Numbered from the stretch's first letter, positions 1 to 11,867 are shown. The stretch is 64,000 nt of DNA from Octopus sinensis (GCF_006345805.1 NC_043020.1:15872001-15936000); one strand, 5' to 3'. The notes: generated from the sequence alone by a model not told the origin. Made by a program: numbers and translations.

Positions 1-77
1 TAATCGTCTTAATACCTATGTCTGTCCTTGTTTGTCCCCTCTATGTTTAGCCCCTTGTGGGTAATAAAGAAATAGGT
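1..77 (+). mobile_element. 3' end of SINE family A
   Basis: Reverse complement of the ends of the copies at 4215, 35517 and 42790. Confidence 0.85.
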
Positions 78-338
78 AATGATTAGCCATTCCTGCAATT
101 TGAAATTAGAACCGTGAACTACAAGAGAGTAAATTTTGCACTGAGCCTAACATTTGACTTGTGAAGACTTCTGTCACTTCACCATTAATGGGTCAATATT
201 GTTGTGATTCTTTATTTGGGCAAGAGGTTATAGAATACAAAATAGGAGGAGGGGGTATGTCCACAAAGTTTCTCCTCATGGACATTAATGGCCCAAATAA
301 AGTGAACTGGTTGTAACCAGGATCGAAAACTATCTCAC

Positions 339-437
339 AGACTTGGAAGCTCGCCAGGAGTTTAGCTCGTGCTTTGCATTGATAGCGGCGTTATATAAGA
401 ATATTGCAAATAAATCACACTGCATGTCAACCAGTCT
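339..437 (-). CDS. Internal exon of unidentified minus-strand gene M1 (RLVDMQCDLFAIFLYNAAINAKHELNSWRASKS)
   Basis: Minus strand: acceptor gtttattttag|, 99 nt open frame (phase 0-0), donor |gtgaga. Unique sequence; phase-compatible with exon 4796-4831. Confidence 0.65.
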
Positions 438-844
438 CTAAAATAAACTCTTTTTAGAAGGAAGAATTTATTTCTTTAGCACTTACAGTGTGGGAGGGGT
501 TAGGCGTAAGAGAGAGTATAGCAATAGATGAAAAAGAAAAAGATGATGGTGCCAGTGTGGTGGTGGTGGTGGTGGTGGGGGTAAGCAGATTTGAAGAGAA
601 GTTAACCAAGTTTTAAAGAAATGACAAAGAAAGGAAATTGTTGATCTTTCCAGCGTTTCAAAAGCGGGGGGGGGGGGGGAAACCCAAAAACGCTTATAAA
701 TAACTCTTCTAAAATCTTAAATCGATCCCCATTGTTATTTGCGGCAAACCAATGATGTATATATATTTCAGGATATTTCAAGAAAAGGTTAATTTTTGTC
801 ACATATATCTTACATGCTATCGATAAGGGTGAGGTATTGGTATT

Positions 845-1690
845 ATTGGCAGTGGTGATGATGGTGGTGGTGGTGGTGGTGGTGGTGGTGGCAGTAGTGA
901 TGGTGGTGGTGGTAGTGATGGTAGTGGTGGTGTTTGTGACAATGGTGGTGTTAGTGGTTTGGTGGTGTTGGTGGTAGTGGTGGTAGTGGTGGTGATGTTT
1001 GTGACAATGGTGGTGTTAGTGGTTTGGTGGTGTTGGTGGTAGTGGTGATGGTGTTGTTAAAGTAATTGTTGTTGTTGTTGGTAGTGTTGGTGGCAGCAGT
1101 GGTGTTGGTGTTAGTGGTTTGGTGGTGTTGGTGGTAGTGGTGATGGTGGTGGCAGCAGTGGTGTTGATGTTAGTGGTTTGGTGGTGTTGGTGGTAGTGGT
1201 GATGGTGGTGGCAGCAGTGGTGTTGGTGTTAGTGGTTTGGTGGTGTTGGTGGTAGTGGTGATGGTGGTGGCAGCAGTGGTGTTGGTGTTAGTGGTTTGGT
1301 GGTGTTGGTGGTAGTGGTGATGGTGGTGGCAGCAGTGGTGTTGGTGGTGGTGGTGATGATGGTGTGTTGTTAAATTAATTGTTGTTGTTGTTGGTGGTGG
1401 TTGTGGTGGCAGTGGTAGTGGTAGTGGTGTTTGTGACAAAGGTGGTGTTAGTGGTTTGATAGTGTTGGTGGTAGTGGTGATGGTGATGATGGTGTTGTTA
1501 GAGTATTTGTTGTTGTTGGTGGTGGCAATGTAGGTGTAGATAACCTAAATGGTAGAAGTACTATCAGTGACAGCTCTTGGTAGAGTTATTTGTGTTGTCC
1601 TTGGTGGTGGTGGTGGTAAAGAAAGCATTATTGTTGCTGTTGTTGTTAGTGATGGTGGTGGTAGTGGTGGTGGTGGTGATAGAGACCAAA
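845..1690. repeat. (GGT/GTA/GTT)n cryptic microsatellite; similar tracts at 14670-15060, 15400-15970, 20820-21085, 21457-21720, 34740-34985
   Basis: Read directly. Confidence 0.95.
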
Positions 1691-2131
1691 GACAGTTAAT
1701 GTGGATATTTTCAATGTATTCAATATCTTTCTTAGAGACTTGGTTGGACAATAAATTAACACCTACCCTCTCCCTCTCTCTCTCTCTCTCCCCAACATTC
1801 CAAACACTTGAATTATGTGAATTGTCAACTATGGAATAGTCACTCAGGCATTTCATTTGAATTCTATGAACCAACACAACCAACACGCCAATATAAACAA
1901 ACACACACACACACACACAACATCCAAACATGACATAAACACAGAACATATGCACATACAAACGCATGACACACACGCATACACATACAGATGCAAACAG
2001 ACACATACACGTGAACATTAATAGCCAAAGACAGAGCCTCCACATGGTTGCTATAATGCTAGAAATAGCAACCAAATCTCAACCAACTTCTACCCTGCTC
2101 CACCAACCACCACCATAAAAGAACATTAGGT

Positions 2132-2380
2132 CAATGGTTCTCAACCAGGGTCCATATGGCCCTTAGAAGTCCATATAAGGTTTTATCTACAATAAATTGG
2201 TTATATTTCTAAACACACAAAATATGTATAAAAAAGTTTTTTATACATTTCCTAATAATATTTAATTATAAACATAAAGTAAGATTTTATTTTTATATAC
2301 AAAGAATGGCTATAGAGGTCCAATAGAATAAAATAGGAACCAAGAGGGTTCTGTGGGCAAAAAATGGTTGAAAGCCACTG
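2132..2380. mobile_element. hAT-type MITE; second decayed copy at ~37518-37770
   Basis: TIRs caatggttctcaacc / ggttgaaagccactg; 8-bp TSD cattaggt (2124-2131) / cattagat (2381-2388). Confidence 0.85.
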
Positions 2381-2501
2381 CATTAGATAACATGACCACA
2401 GAAAAAAACAAAAACAAAAACAAACCAGGATGGTCACACCTAGAATTTAACCTTGGGTTAAACAGTAACAACAAGGTAGCCAAACACACAACCTACACAT
2501 A

Positions 2502-2664
2502 GGCGCAGGAGTGGCTGTGTGGTAAGTAACTTGCTTACCAACCACATGGTTCCGGATTCAGTCCCACTGCGTGGCACCTTGAGCAAGTGTCTTCTACTAT
2601 AGCCTCGGGCCGACCAAAGCCTTGTGAGTGGATTTGGTAGACAGAAACTAAAAGAAGCCCGTCG

Positions 2665-2698
<34 letters not shown>

Positions 2699-2930
2699 GT
2701 GTGTGTGTGTGTGTATGTATATATGTTTGTGTGTTTGTGTTTGTCCCCCCAACATCGCTTGACAACCGATGCTGGTGTGTTTATGTCCCCGTAACTTAGC
2801 GGTTCGGCAAAAGAGACCGATAGAATAAGCACTAGGCTTACAAAGAATAAGTCCTGGGGTCGATTTGCTCGACTAAAAAGGCGGTGCTCCAGCATGGCCA
2901 CAGTCAAATGACTGAAACAAGTAAAAGAGT
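2502..2930 (+). mobile_element. tRNA-headed SINE family B with internal (TA)n/(GT)n. Other copies: 6489-6949, 8737-9073, 33926-34337, 49206-49600 (+); 30246-30629, 31581-32001 (-); many fragments
   Basis: A-box tggctgtgtggtaag and B-box ggttcagtccc; shared body; tail ...gactgaaacaagtaaaagag. Copies align by eye. Confidence 0.9.
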
Positions 2931-3776
2931 ATACAAATATATATGTATATTCACTCACACATACACATGCACACGGGTTCAACACTTATACATAGACATA
3001 GACACACATGCATGCATATATCATCTGTATCACATCCCGGAAGAAATGTAACTTAGCTAAGGTATATGTTATAAATGTTATCAACACAGAATGAATAAAT
3101 TGTCCTGTTTCTATTGACAGTTTTAAACTATGAGGAATTTATATCATATCCTACTCATATCTCCATCTTGTGGCTCTCCTGTGACTAACATAGTCTTAAG
3201 CTTTCATGCACAGGTTGGGGCCAGGGTTTCATTTATCAAGATGCTAGTATTGAGGTGAAGAATTTGGTACCTGCATGTCTCAGACAGCTGCCAACATCTG
3301 AATATCTGGGCAGAACAAAGGGAACTTTCTTTGTATAAATTGATATATGCTGGTATCTGTAAAAGCACGCCACACACATACAGAGTCATGTGCATGCATA
3401 AACGCATACATGCTCAGAGGTGAATGAAAAAAAATCATACACAAATATGGATGTATGCACACACATCCACACAGATAGATATAGCATCAAATAAACACAC
3501 ACACACATATATACTAAAATACAGTAATCCATTCACATATATGCACACACATGAATAAATGTACACACATACATACACACACACACACAGATGGTACAAA
3601 TGATGGCTGTGTAGTTAAAAAGTCTATTTTGCTACAAAGTTATCTCAGGTTCAATTCCTTCATTTGGTACCTTTTTGTCACAGGCTCTGATTCACCAGTG
3701 CCTTCTGTCTAACTGTACAGAAATCAAGTGTGTGTGTGTATTAAAGCATGTGTATTAAATGGTAAAAGGGTAGAAA

Positions 3777-4102
3777 CCCCTTTTGGTCATGAATGACCAT
3801 GAGACTGGACCAAGAAAGTTCCCCTCCTAGGCAAAAGTCCGGGCAAGGTTGCTTACAGAAGACCAGCAGTTGCCCATGCATACCAGCCTCTCCTCTCCAC
3901 ACCACTGATGTTTTCCAGAGGAAAGGCAAAGGCAAATACAGCTTGGAACCGGTGACATCATAACTCATTTCTACAGCTGAGTGAACTGGAGTAACGTGAA
4001 GTAAAGTGTCTTGATCAAGAACACAACTTAGAGCCCGGCCTGGGAATCGAACTCACTACCTCATGATTGAGAGCTCAATACTCTAACCACTGGGTCATGT
4101 GG
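3777..4102 (-). mobile_element. tRNA-headed SINE family C. Other copies: 21884-22203 and 24393-24610 (+); 23336-23673, 23853-24157, 38030-38365, 40926-41137 (-)
   Basis: Head tggctcagtggttagag...gttcgaatccc, core gtgttcttgagcaag...cactcagctgtagaaatgag, shared tail; multiple copies. Confidence 0.88.
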
Positions 4103-4214
4103 TATAGACGGTATAACATCCATTACTGCACAGTTTCACCAGTACATTGGTGATTATTCAAATGGTACAAGTTTGGTCTGATTAAGCAGAGATAACATGG
4201 GAACAAACACTACC

Positions 4215-4442
4215 TATTTCTTTATTACCCACAAGGGGCTAAACACAGAGGGGACAAACAAGGACAGACATAGGTATTAAGTCAATTACATCGACCCCAG
4301 TGCGTAACTGGTACTTAATTTATCAACCCCGAAAGGATGAAAGGCAAAGTCGACCTCGGCAGAATTTGAACTCACAACGTAACGGCAGATGAAATACCGC
4401 TAAGCATTTCGCCCGGCGTGCTAACATTTCTGCCAGCTCGCC
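4215..4442 (-). mobile_element. SINE family A with 17-bp TSD. Other copies: 11641-11855 (+); 35517-35933, 41415-41640, 42790-43015 (-)
   Basis: TSD tgggaacaaacactacc at 4198-4214 and 4443-4459; tRNA-like head ggcgagctggcagaa...gagttcaaattc. Confidence 0.9.
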
Positions 4443-4795
4443 TGGGAACAAACACTACCACCACCACCACCACCACCACAAACAACAACAACATGTTAAC
4501 ACTATCCTTTTATTAAACAGACAAGATTCCTTTATCTTATACTGTACCAGCTTGAAAAAGGTGACAAACACATAGTGTAATGTAGTCCTGGATACACTTT
4601 GCATTAAAAAAATAAAGGACAAAATAGTCAAGGTTAGAATGTTTTTTGCCATAGGTTTACTCAATCAGATAGAACCTGGGGCTAAACAAAAGCAACAACA
4701 GCAAAAATTGTGGCAAGGTTCTTTCTAATTAGGGAAATGAAGAAAAAAATAAGAGAAACGGGAAAAGTAAACGAGTAAAATTTTAAAGAACTCAC

Positions 4796-4831
4796 ATGAA
4801 GTTCCAAGATGCTAAAATTTGTAAAGTCAAC
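4796..4831 (-). CDS. 36-nt exon of M1 (VDFTNFSILELH)
   Basis: Acceptor tttagttcag|, donor |gtgagt, phase 0-0, open frame. Confidence 0.72.
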
Positions 4832-4971
4832 CTGAACTAAATGCAGAGATTAATTGCTAATCTTGTTTGTGCAAGTCACCATGAAGAAACAACAACAACT
4901 GTAACAACAACAACAATAGATATTTGATTATCAATTATACTTTTTCATCAGAATAACAGTAACAAACTTAC

Positions 4972-5017
4972 TAATTTGTAAATCAACTCAACTTCATCAG
5001 AATTAATAACGAGAAAA
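4972..5017 (-). CDS. 46-nt exon of M1 (xFLVINSDEVELIYKL)
   Basis: Acceptor aattcctcacag|, donor |gtaagt, phase 2-0; joins 4796-4831 in frame across a 140-nt intron. Confidence 0.72.
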
Positions 5018-5094
5018 CTGTGAGGAATTTTAAATACTATTGTTTGAAAAGTTATAAAATACAGAAATGAGAGGTATTTGCTAGCTAAGCAAAA

Positions 5095-5785
5095 CAGTGT
5101 GACATTTGGTAGACAGGGAGACAGTGGAGAGGGAGCCAGTGTGACATCTGGCAGATATAGAGTCAGTGTGATTTCTGGCAGATAGAGAAACAGTGTGACA
5201 TCTGGTGAATGGGGAGACAGTACAACATCTGGTGGATAGGGAGACAGTATGACATCTGGTGGATAGGGAGACAGTATGACATCTGAGGGATAGGGAGACA
5301 GTAGGACATCTGAGGGATAGGGAGACAGTAGGACATCTGGTGGATAGGGAGACAGTAGGACATCTGGTGGATAGGGAGACAGTACGGCATCTGGTGGATA
5401 GGGAGACAGTACGACGTCTGGTGGATAGGGAGACAGTATGACATCAGGTGGATAGGGAGAAAGTACAACATCTGGTGGATAGGGAGACAGTACGACATCT
5501 GGTGGATAGGGAGACAGTACGACATCTGGTGGATAGGGAGACAGTACGACATCTGGTGGATAGGGAGACAGTATGACACCTGGTGGATAGGGAGACAGTG
5601 GAGAGGGAGCCAGTGTGACATCTGGTAGATATAGAGTCAGTGTGACATCTGGCAGATAGAGAAACAGTATGACTTCTGGTGGATAAGGAGACAGTGTAAC
5701 ATCTGGTGGATAGGGAGACAGTGTAACATCTGGTGAATAGGGAGACAGTGTGACACCTGGTGGATAGGGAGACAGTGGATGGATT
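5095..5785. repeat. 27-bp minisatellite (tacgacatctggtggatagggagacag), ~25 units, with higher-order duplication
   Basis: Period read directly; the variant block at ~5118-5195 recurs at ~5591-5668. Confidence 0.92.
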
Positions 5786-6090
5786 TGGTAGACAGAAAGT
5801 TGTATTTGTCTTTATGTCTTTGTTTGACAACTGGGGTTGGTTTGTTTACATCCCCATAACTTAGCAGTTGAGCAAATAGATATATAGAATAAGTATCAGG
5901 CTTCAAAAGAAAAATAAGTAGAGGGAAAGGGCGATTAGTTTGACTAAAATCCTTCAAGGCAATGCCCCAGCATGGCCACAGTTCAATGACTGAAACAAGT
6001 AAAAGATAAAAGATGCACTAGTACATGTGTGTGTGTGTGTGTGTGATTGTATGTGAATATAGATAGGTTTGTACATGTAGATGGACTTAT

Positions 6091-6176
6091 GTGTATGCAT
6101 TATGATCAGAGTATTTTGTTAGCCACTCTATAATTTCTGTTGATTCATCACAAAGATTACTTTCTGATAATATTGC
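6091..6176 (-). CDS. Exon of M1 (QYYQKSNLCDESTEIIEWLTKYSDHNAYT); 3' boundary uncertain
   Basis: Strong acceptor atttccccatttcag|, open frame. A phase-2 end needs either the non-canonical |ataagt (exon ends at 6091) or a weak |gtggct (exon ends at 6127). Confidence 0.6.
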
Positions 6177-6660
6177 TGAAATGGGGAAATAATTGTATCT
6201 CTAAGGATCAGAGGATGACGAGGAGGAAACAACAAAAATATGAATATGCATGCTTACACAATACTACACACTACACACAACATACGCACACCCAAACATT
6301 GTATACAATTATAATGTGTCATGTGTATAGTGCATCTGTTATACTGCAGGCACTATCTCATTGTTTGTATGCATGTGTATTTGTATGTTTGTGTGTGTGT
6401 CCATACGTATATACATACATATTTGGAAAAGGATTTGTGGCATTCGATCGTATAATAATATAAATAATATAAATATATGCATATATACATGGCTGTGTGG
6501 TAAGTAGCTTGCTAACCAACCACATGGTTCCGGGTTCAGTCCCACTGCATGGCATCTTGGGCAAGTGTCTTCTGCTATAACCCCGGGCTGACCAATGCCT
6601 TGTGAGTGGATTTGGTAGACGGAAACTGAAAGAAGCCTGTCGTATATATGTGTATATATA

Positions 6661-6725
<65 letters not shown>

Positions 6726-7002
6726 GTATGTATGTGTGTGTATGTGTTTGTGTGTCTGTGTTTGTCCCCCTAGCATTGCTTGACAACCGATGCTGGTGTG
6801 TTTACGTCTCCGTCACTTAGCGGTTTGGCAAAAGAGACCGATAGAATAAGTACTGGGCTTACAAAGAATAAGTCCCGGGGTCGATTTTCTCGACTAAAGG
6901 CGGTACTCCAGCATGGCCACAGTCAAATGACTGAAACAAGTAAAGGAGTATATGCATATATACTTACATAGTCCTGTACCCATATAAGCACGTATATATA
7001 CA

Positions 7003-7388
7003 TACTAGCAGTATCGCCCGGCGTTGCTCAGGTTTGTAAGGGAAATAACTATAAAGCATTTTTAGAGAGTTATAGCCAAAAAATAGCAAAAAAATGGGAA
7101 AAAAATGATGGTAAATTTTTTTGAGAGTTAAAAAAGGTGGAGTTGCGTCCCCTAGACGGTCTGTGGTTTGGGTTTCTGATTCTCGACCCCATGTCGAATT
7201 TATCGATTTTTTTCAGAACTGGGGGAACTTTTCAAAATTTTCGCTGTGTTAGTTTTGAATTATGACATTGGGCTATGTGTGTGTCAAGTTTCATCAGAAT
7301 CGGTTGAAAGCCGTGGTCAGGGTGAGGGTACGAGAAAACAGACACACAGAAAACGCACAGACAAACTGCTGCTTATATAGAGAGAGAT
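7003..7388 (+). mobile_element. Helitron/Helentron-associated non-autonomous element (HINE/DINE-1-like)
   Basis: 5' tactagc...cgcccggcgttgctc, internal aagtttcatcagaatcggtt, 3' ttatatagagagagat: motif order typical of HINEs. Confidence 0.6.
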
Positions 7389-7476
7389 ATATGTAGGTAT
7401 GTACATATATGTATGTATATATGCATATATTTATATATTATTTATATTATTACATATGTACATCCATATATATTAC

Positions 7477-7522
7477 TCTCAAACAAGAATGTTGTTGACA
7501 GTAAGAATAATAAATTTGTATT
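7477..7522 (-). CDS. 46-nt exon of M1 (xIQIYYSYCQQHSCLR)
   Basis: Acceptor tacttttatag|, donor |gtaata, phase 2-0, compatible with the exon at 6176. Confidence 0.6.
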
Positions 7523-7792
7523 CTATAAAAGTATAGAGTAACCCATCGATTAATATATAATTGTTTTTATTGTAACTGAACAAAAAAACAAACATTAAAA
7601 CATGGGGCTACTTGATTACATCAACCCCAGTACACAACTGGTAGTTATTTAATCAACCCTGAAAGGATGAAGGGCAGAATCAACTTTGGTGGAATTTCAA
7701 GCTTGGAATCCAAAGATGGGCAAAATGCTGCTAAGCATTTTTTTGTCCAGCATCCTAATGATTCAGCCAACTTGACCACCTTGATGAAGATG

Positions 7793-7826
<34 letters not shown>

Positions 7827-7837
7827 TAATAATAATA

Positions 7838-8390
7838 AAGATGGGCTACAGCAAATATTCTGCTCAATACCACAGATTTGCTTGTCAGTTGTTTGACCGT
7901 AACCAGTTGAGCATGTCCCTTAGTGGCTGACAATATGTGCATCTCTGATCACGAGCAGAAGTAGTGGGGGAGCATCATAGCCGTGTGTTGAAAGGAATTC
8001 TTAGAGGTTTGGATAATTCACCTCTGGAAATATGGGTGGTTCGATCTACATCTTTAAACAATCCTTATTCAGGGACCTTTTGAGCGGGATGGGCTACTCA
8101 ACCTGAAGAAAATTCTAACTGGGCCCCACCTGCAAGGTCATGCGCTGTTTATCTTGATATGAGATCACCATGTTGTGCACATATGGTTGTGATGCATGTG
8201 CCTAGTGTACCCTTATCAGACGGGTAGTCATGATGGGTATACTGGGCTTCGTATATTTTACCCCAGTGTCACTTTGATGGCATGCACTGCTCTCTCACTC
8301 AATAATAATATTAATAATAAAAATGATAATAATAATAATAAAAATAAAAATAATAATAATAATAACAATAATAATAATAATAATAATAAG
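7838..8390 (+). mobile_element. Retroposon 3' segment ending in an (AAT)n tail; partial reverse copy at ~43700-43850
   Basis: The second copy shares gcaaatattctgctcaatacc...gtgcatctctgat; (AAT)n tail. Confidence 0.6.
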
Positions 8391-8818
8391 AGCTCTCAGA
8401 GAGTGCAAACCTCCACCAAGGCAACACCAATTTCCTCTCAATGATTAGCCAGAGATGATTTTTAGAATGAGAATATCTGAAATAAACTCGACTGATATCA
8501 CAAACAAGAATACTAAAAATGAACCTGACTGCTCTCAAAAACTAAGTAAACAACAGGAGAAATAATCCAGAATCTTTGTCCGGTACTGGATCGATCTCAA
8601 AATCTAATGAGAGCATGCCAGTCACAAGGCCAAACATCCCTGAAAGTTTCATCCAAATCTATCCAGTGGTTCTTGAGATATCTTGTCCATGGACAAACAA
8701 ACAAACACAACTGAAAACAATACCTCCCCCTTCGTCTACTATAGCTTTGGGCCAACCAAAGCCTTGTGAGTAGATTTGGTAGACGGAAACTGAAAGAAGC
8801 CCGTCGTATATACGTATT

Positions 8819-8851
<33 letters not shown>

Positions 8852-9107
8852 ATATGTTTGTATGTCTGTGTTTGTCCCCCCCCCCCGCCAACATCGCTTG
8901 ACAACCGATACTGATGTGTTTACGTCCCTGTAACTTAGCGGTTTGGCAAAAGAGATCTATAGAATAAGTACTAGGCTTACAAAGAATAAGTCCTGGGGTT
9001 GATTTGCTTGACTAAAGGCGGTGCTCCAGCATGGCCACAGTCAAATGACTAAAACAAGTAAGAGTAAAAGAGTGCGCAATAATAATAATAATAATGATGA
9101 TGATGAT

Positions 9108-9830
9108 ACGCCAATACACACAGATAGAGACATCAAAGCTGATAGATTGGATACAGTTGTCAGAGATTAAGAAAAATAATGCCTTCTAATTGATGTACCA
9201 ATCCCAACAGATGAAAATGTATCTCTAAAAGAAACAGAGAAACACTCAAAATACAAAGATCTGGAAATAGAGATAACCCAAATGTGGAGCCTAAAAGCAG
9301 AAATAATTCCTACAATAATGGGTACAATAATGAGCTTTGGTGTTGGAGAAGACTTTTATGGATTCCATGGACAGCGAGGTTCACCAATGGAGAAGTTCTT
9401 AAGCAGATCAGGCCGAAAATGTCGCTAGAAGCTAGGATCACCAAGCATAGATTGGCATATTTCGGTCATATTATGCAGAGAAAATCCCTGGAGAAGGACA
9501 TCATGCTTGGAATGGTCAGTGGCAAGAGAGGAAGAGGCCGACCAAGAACCCGCTGGCTTGACACCATAAAGAGTGATACCGGAATGGACATAGTCAATCT
9601 GAAAGAAGCGGCCCAGGATAGAACTGACTGGAGGACACTGATCCAACGAGTAACCGAGAGTCGACTTCGACTGAGCAGATAGATAGATAGATAGATAGAT
9701 AGATAGGTATGATTAAAAACATACAAATACATAACCAAAATAGCTGGACTTACAAATATATATAACATACAAAAAATAGCACTACTAGGCACCGCACACA
9801 TCCTGTGTAAAGCACCTTCAATACAGTGAA
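9108..9830 (+). mobile_element. R4/Dong-type LINE 3' fragment (RLE endonuclease region) interrupted by an RTE fragment
   Basis: Decayed frame P-I-H-T-D...LLIDVPIP.D.NVSLKE.EK.SKYKDLEIEI..MW, resuming after the insert as GMIK...IQKIALLGTAHIL. Confidence 0.8.
9329..9706 (+). mobile_element. RTE-clade (BovB-like) LINE 3' fragment, intact frame, (ATAG)n tail
   Basis: ELWCWRRLL.IPWTAR.TN.EVL...RL.YFGHIM...LEK.IMLG.V.GKR.RGRPR.RWLD: the characteristic RTE C-terminus. Confidence 0.9.
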
Positions 9831-10094
9831 AATAATAACAACAAAAATTTTTAAAAACCACAGCACATACCCAAGGCACACAGTGCTGCCCTCAGTAGTG
9901 CAGTGAAAACATGTTATAAAAATAAAACTACTGAATGATAATAACAATTAAAACTAAAATAACCAATATGCTCTTGATAAAACAGATGTTAAGATGAAGG
10001 TCATATCTGCACACAAACAATGGCAACATACACATTGTATCAATATTTGCACACACGTGTGCAGACAGCTATGTACATATATATATCTTATATT

Positions 10095-10643
10095 TCTGAG
10101 CGAGGTATAAACAGTAGCTGCACGACTTCGTGAAGTATATTTGCCACTTAAATGTGGCTAACCCTTAAGGGTCGATGCTACTTTAGCTTGTAGCCCCAGG
10201 AGGACACCTCCTCCAGCTGGCTATTGACACACTTTCTGTGCCCTATAAGTATTTACAAAGGGAAGTCATCCTTCCCGTCTTCAATCTGACATGATACATA
10301 CGGACTCGAGTTTCTGGGTATAGACCCGTCATTAGCATGTGACAATCACCGATTGCCAATGGAAAGTGAGTTCCCTTTGCAAATATATATCCTTCTTCCA
10401 GTGAGGAAAAGTCACTGATATCGAAAAAGTGTAAACAAGCAATAATAAATCTCTGAGCGAGGTATAAAAAGTAGCTGCACGACTTTGTGAAGTATATTTG
10501 CCACTTAAATGTGGCTAACTCTTAAGGGTGGATGCTACTGTAGCTTGTAGCCCCAGGAGGACACCTCCTCCAGCTGGCTACAAGCTAGAGGAGCATCCAC
10601 CCTTAAGGGTTAGCCACATTTAAGTGGCAAATATACTTCACGA
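10095..10643 (-). mobile_element. Penelope-like fragment: ~128-bp direct repeats (10095-10223, 10452-10580) plus an inverted tail (10578-10643)
   Basis: Repeats read directly; hammerhead motif between them. The direct repeat plus inverted tail layout is typical of Penelope pLTRs. Confidence 0.72.
10297..10341 (-). ncRNA. Minimal type-I hammerhead ribozyme, G5A variant
   Basis: cacatg CTAATGA cGGGTctatACCCa GAAA C TCGA GTC cgtatg on the minus strand. Confidence 0.55.
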
Positions 10644-10774
10644 TGTCTTCTATATATATAAGAGAGATTCTGTCTGTCCCACAAACTGAAACTAAAACCA
10701 GACACCATCTCTATGATTTTCTTTCTATGTCTCCTCTATTCTCCACCTCACCTCTATATTCAGTCTCCAATCTG

Positions 10775-11395
10775 ATCTGGTAATGTTTCTACAGCTGGAT
10801 GCTCTTCCTAACGCAAACCATTCCAAGAGTGTAGTGGGTGATTTTTACATGCCACTGGCACAGGAGCCAATCAGGCAAACCTGGCATCAATCATGTTTGG
10901 ATAGTGCTTTTTATATGCCACTGGCACCGAGGCCAGTCATGGGGTACTGGCACCAGTCACGTTTGGTTGGTGCTTTTTACATGCCACTGGCATCAGAGCC
11001 AGTCAGGCAGACCTGACATCGACCGCATTCGGATGGTGCTTTTTATGTGCCACCATCATGGAAGCCAGTCAAGGAGCACTGACCACAGCTATGATATTGG
11101 TTTTACTTGACTCAACAGGACTTCTCAAGCACATCATATCGCATGATGCATCAGGGGTACTCTTAGCTGGGCCAGACATGCATGGTTGCGATCTCACTTT
11201 AGTTACTGTGTCTTCTTCTTAATCACAGCATATTTCCAAAGGTCTCAATCTCCTGTCATTGCCTCTGTGAGGCCCAATGTTCGAAGATCATGCTTCACCA
11301 CCTCATCCCATGTCTTCCTGGGTCTACCTCTTCCACAGGTTCCTTCCACAGTTAGGCATTGACACTTCCTCACGCAGGGAATAAATAAACATTGC
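10775..11395 (-). mobile_element. RTE/RTE-X-like LINE 3' end with long UTR (family D). Fullest copy 44698-45490 (+); UTR-only copies ~16580-17047, 23095-23330, 46550-46705, 46975-47340, 48080-48740, 60270-60600
   Basis: ORF end CHTLAVEGTCGRGRPRKTWDEVVKHDL..LG.T.AMT.DRDLWKYAV, then a shared UTR and a (GAT)n tail. Confidence 0.82.
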
Positions 11396-11867
11396 ATGCG
11401 ACAGAGTAAACTGAAAACTAAAGGGCCAAATGCATGTGTACATGTGTGTGTGTGAATGCATTTCATGAGACTACAAACACTCCATGTTTGGAAAACAAGA
11501 GAAAAGTAACTGGCCATAATATATGCCTCAAGTTTCCATCCAACAACTCATTGTGTGTGTTTGTATGTGCATGTTTGTATGTGCATGTGTGTGAGTGCAT
11601 ATCTATGTGTTCATATGTGTGTGTGTGTGTGTGTGTGTGGCGGCGAGGTGGCAGAAATGTTAGCACGCCAGGCGAAATACTTAGTGGTATTTTGTCTGAG
11701 TTCAAATCCCACCGAGGTCGACTTTGCCTTTCATCTTTTCGGGGTCGATTAAATAAGTACCAGTTACGTACTGTGGTCGATGTAATCGACTTAATCCCTT
11801 TGTCTGTCCTCGTTTGTCCCGGCTATGTATAGGCCCCTATGGGTAATAAATAAATGTGTATGTGTGT

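Noticed and set aside
2502-2580. tRNA genes at SINE 5' ends
   Set aside because: A and B boxes are present, but they run into shared SINE bodies and are diverged; no clean cloverleaf.
3271-3356. Candidate minus-strand exon with a good acceptor and CAG|gtacca donor
   Set aside because: No frame is phase-compatible with both neighbours without extra assumed exons or edits.
6085-6090. U12 AT-AC intron as the explanation for the AT donor
   Set aside because: The sequence is ATAAGT, not ATATCCTT, and the intron ends in AG.
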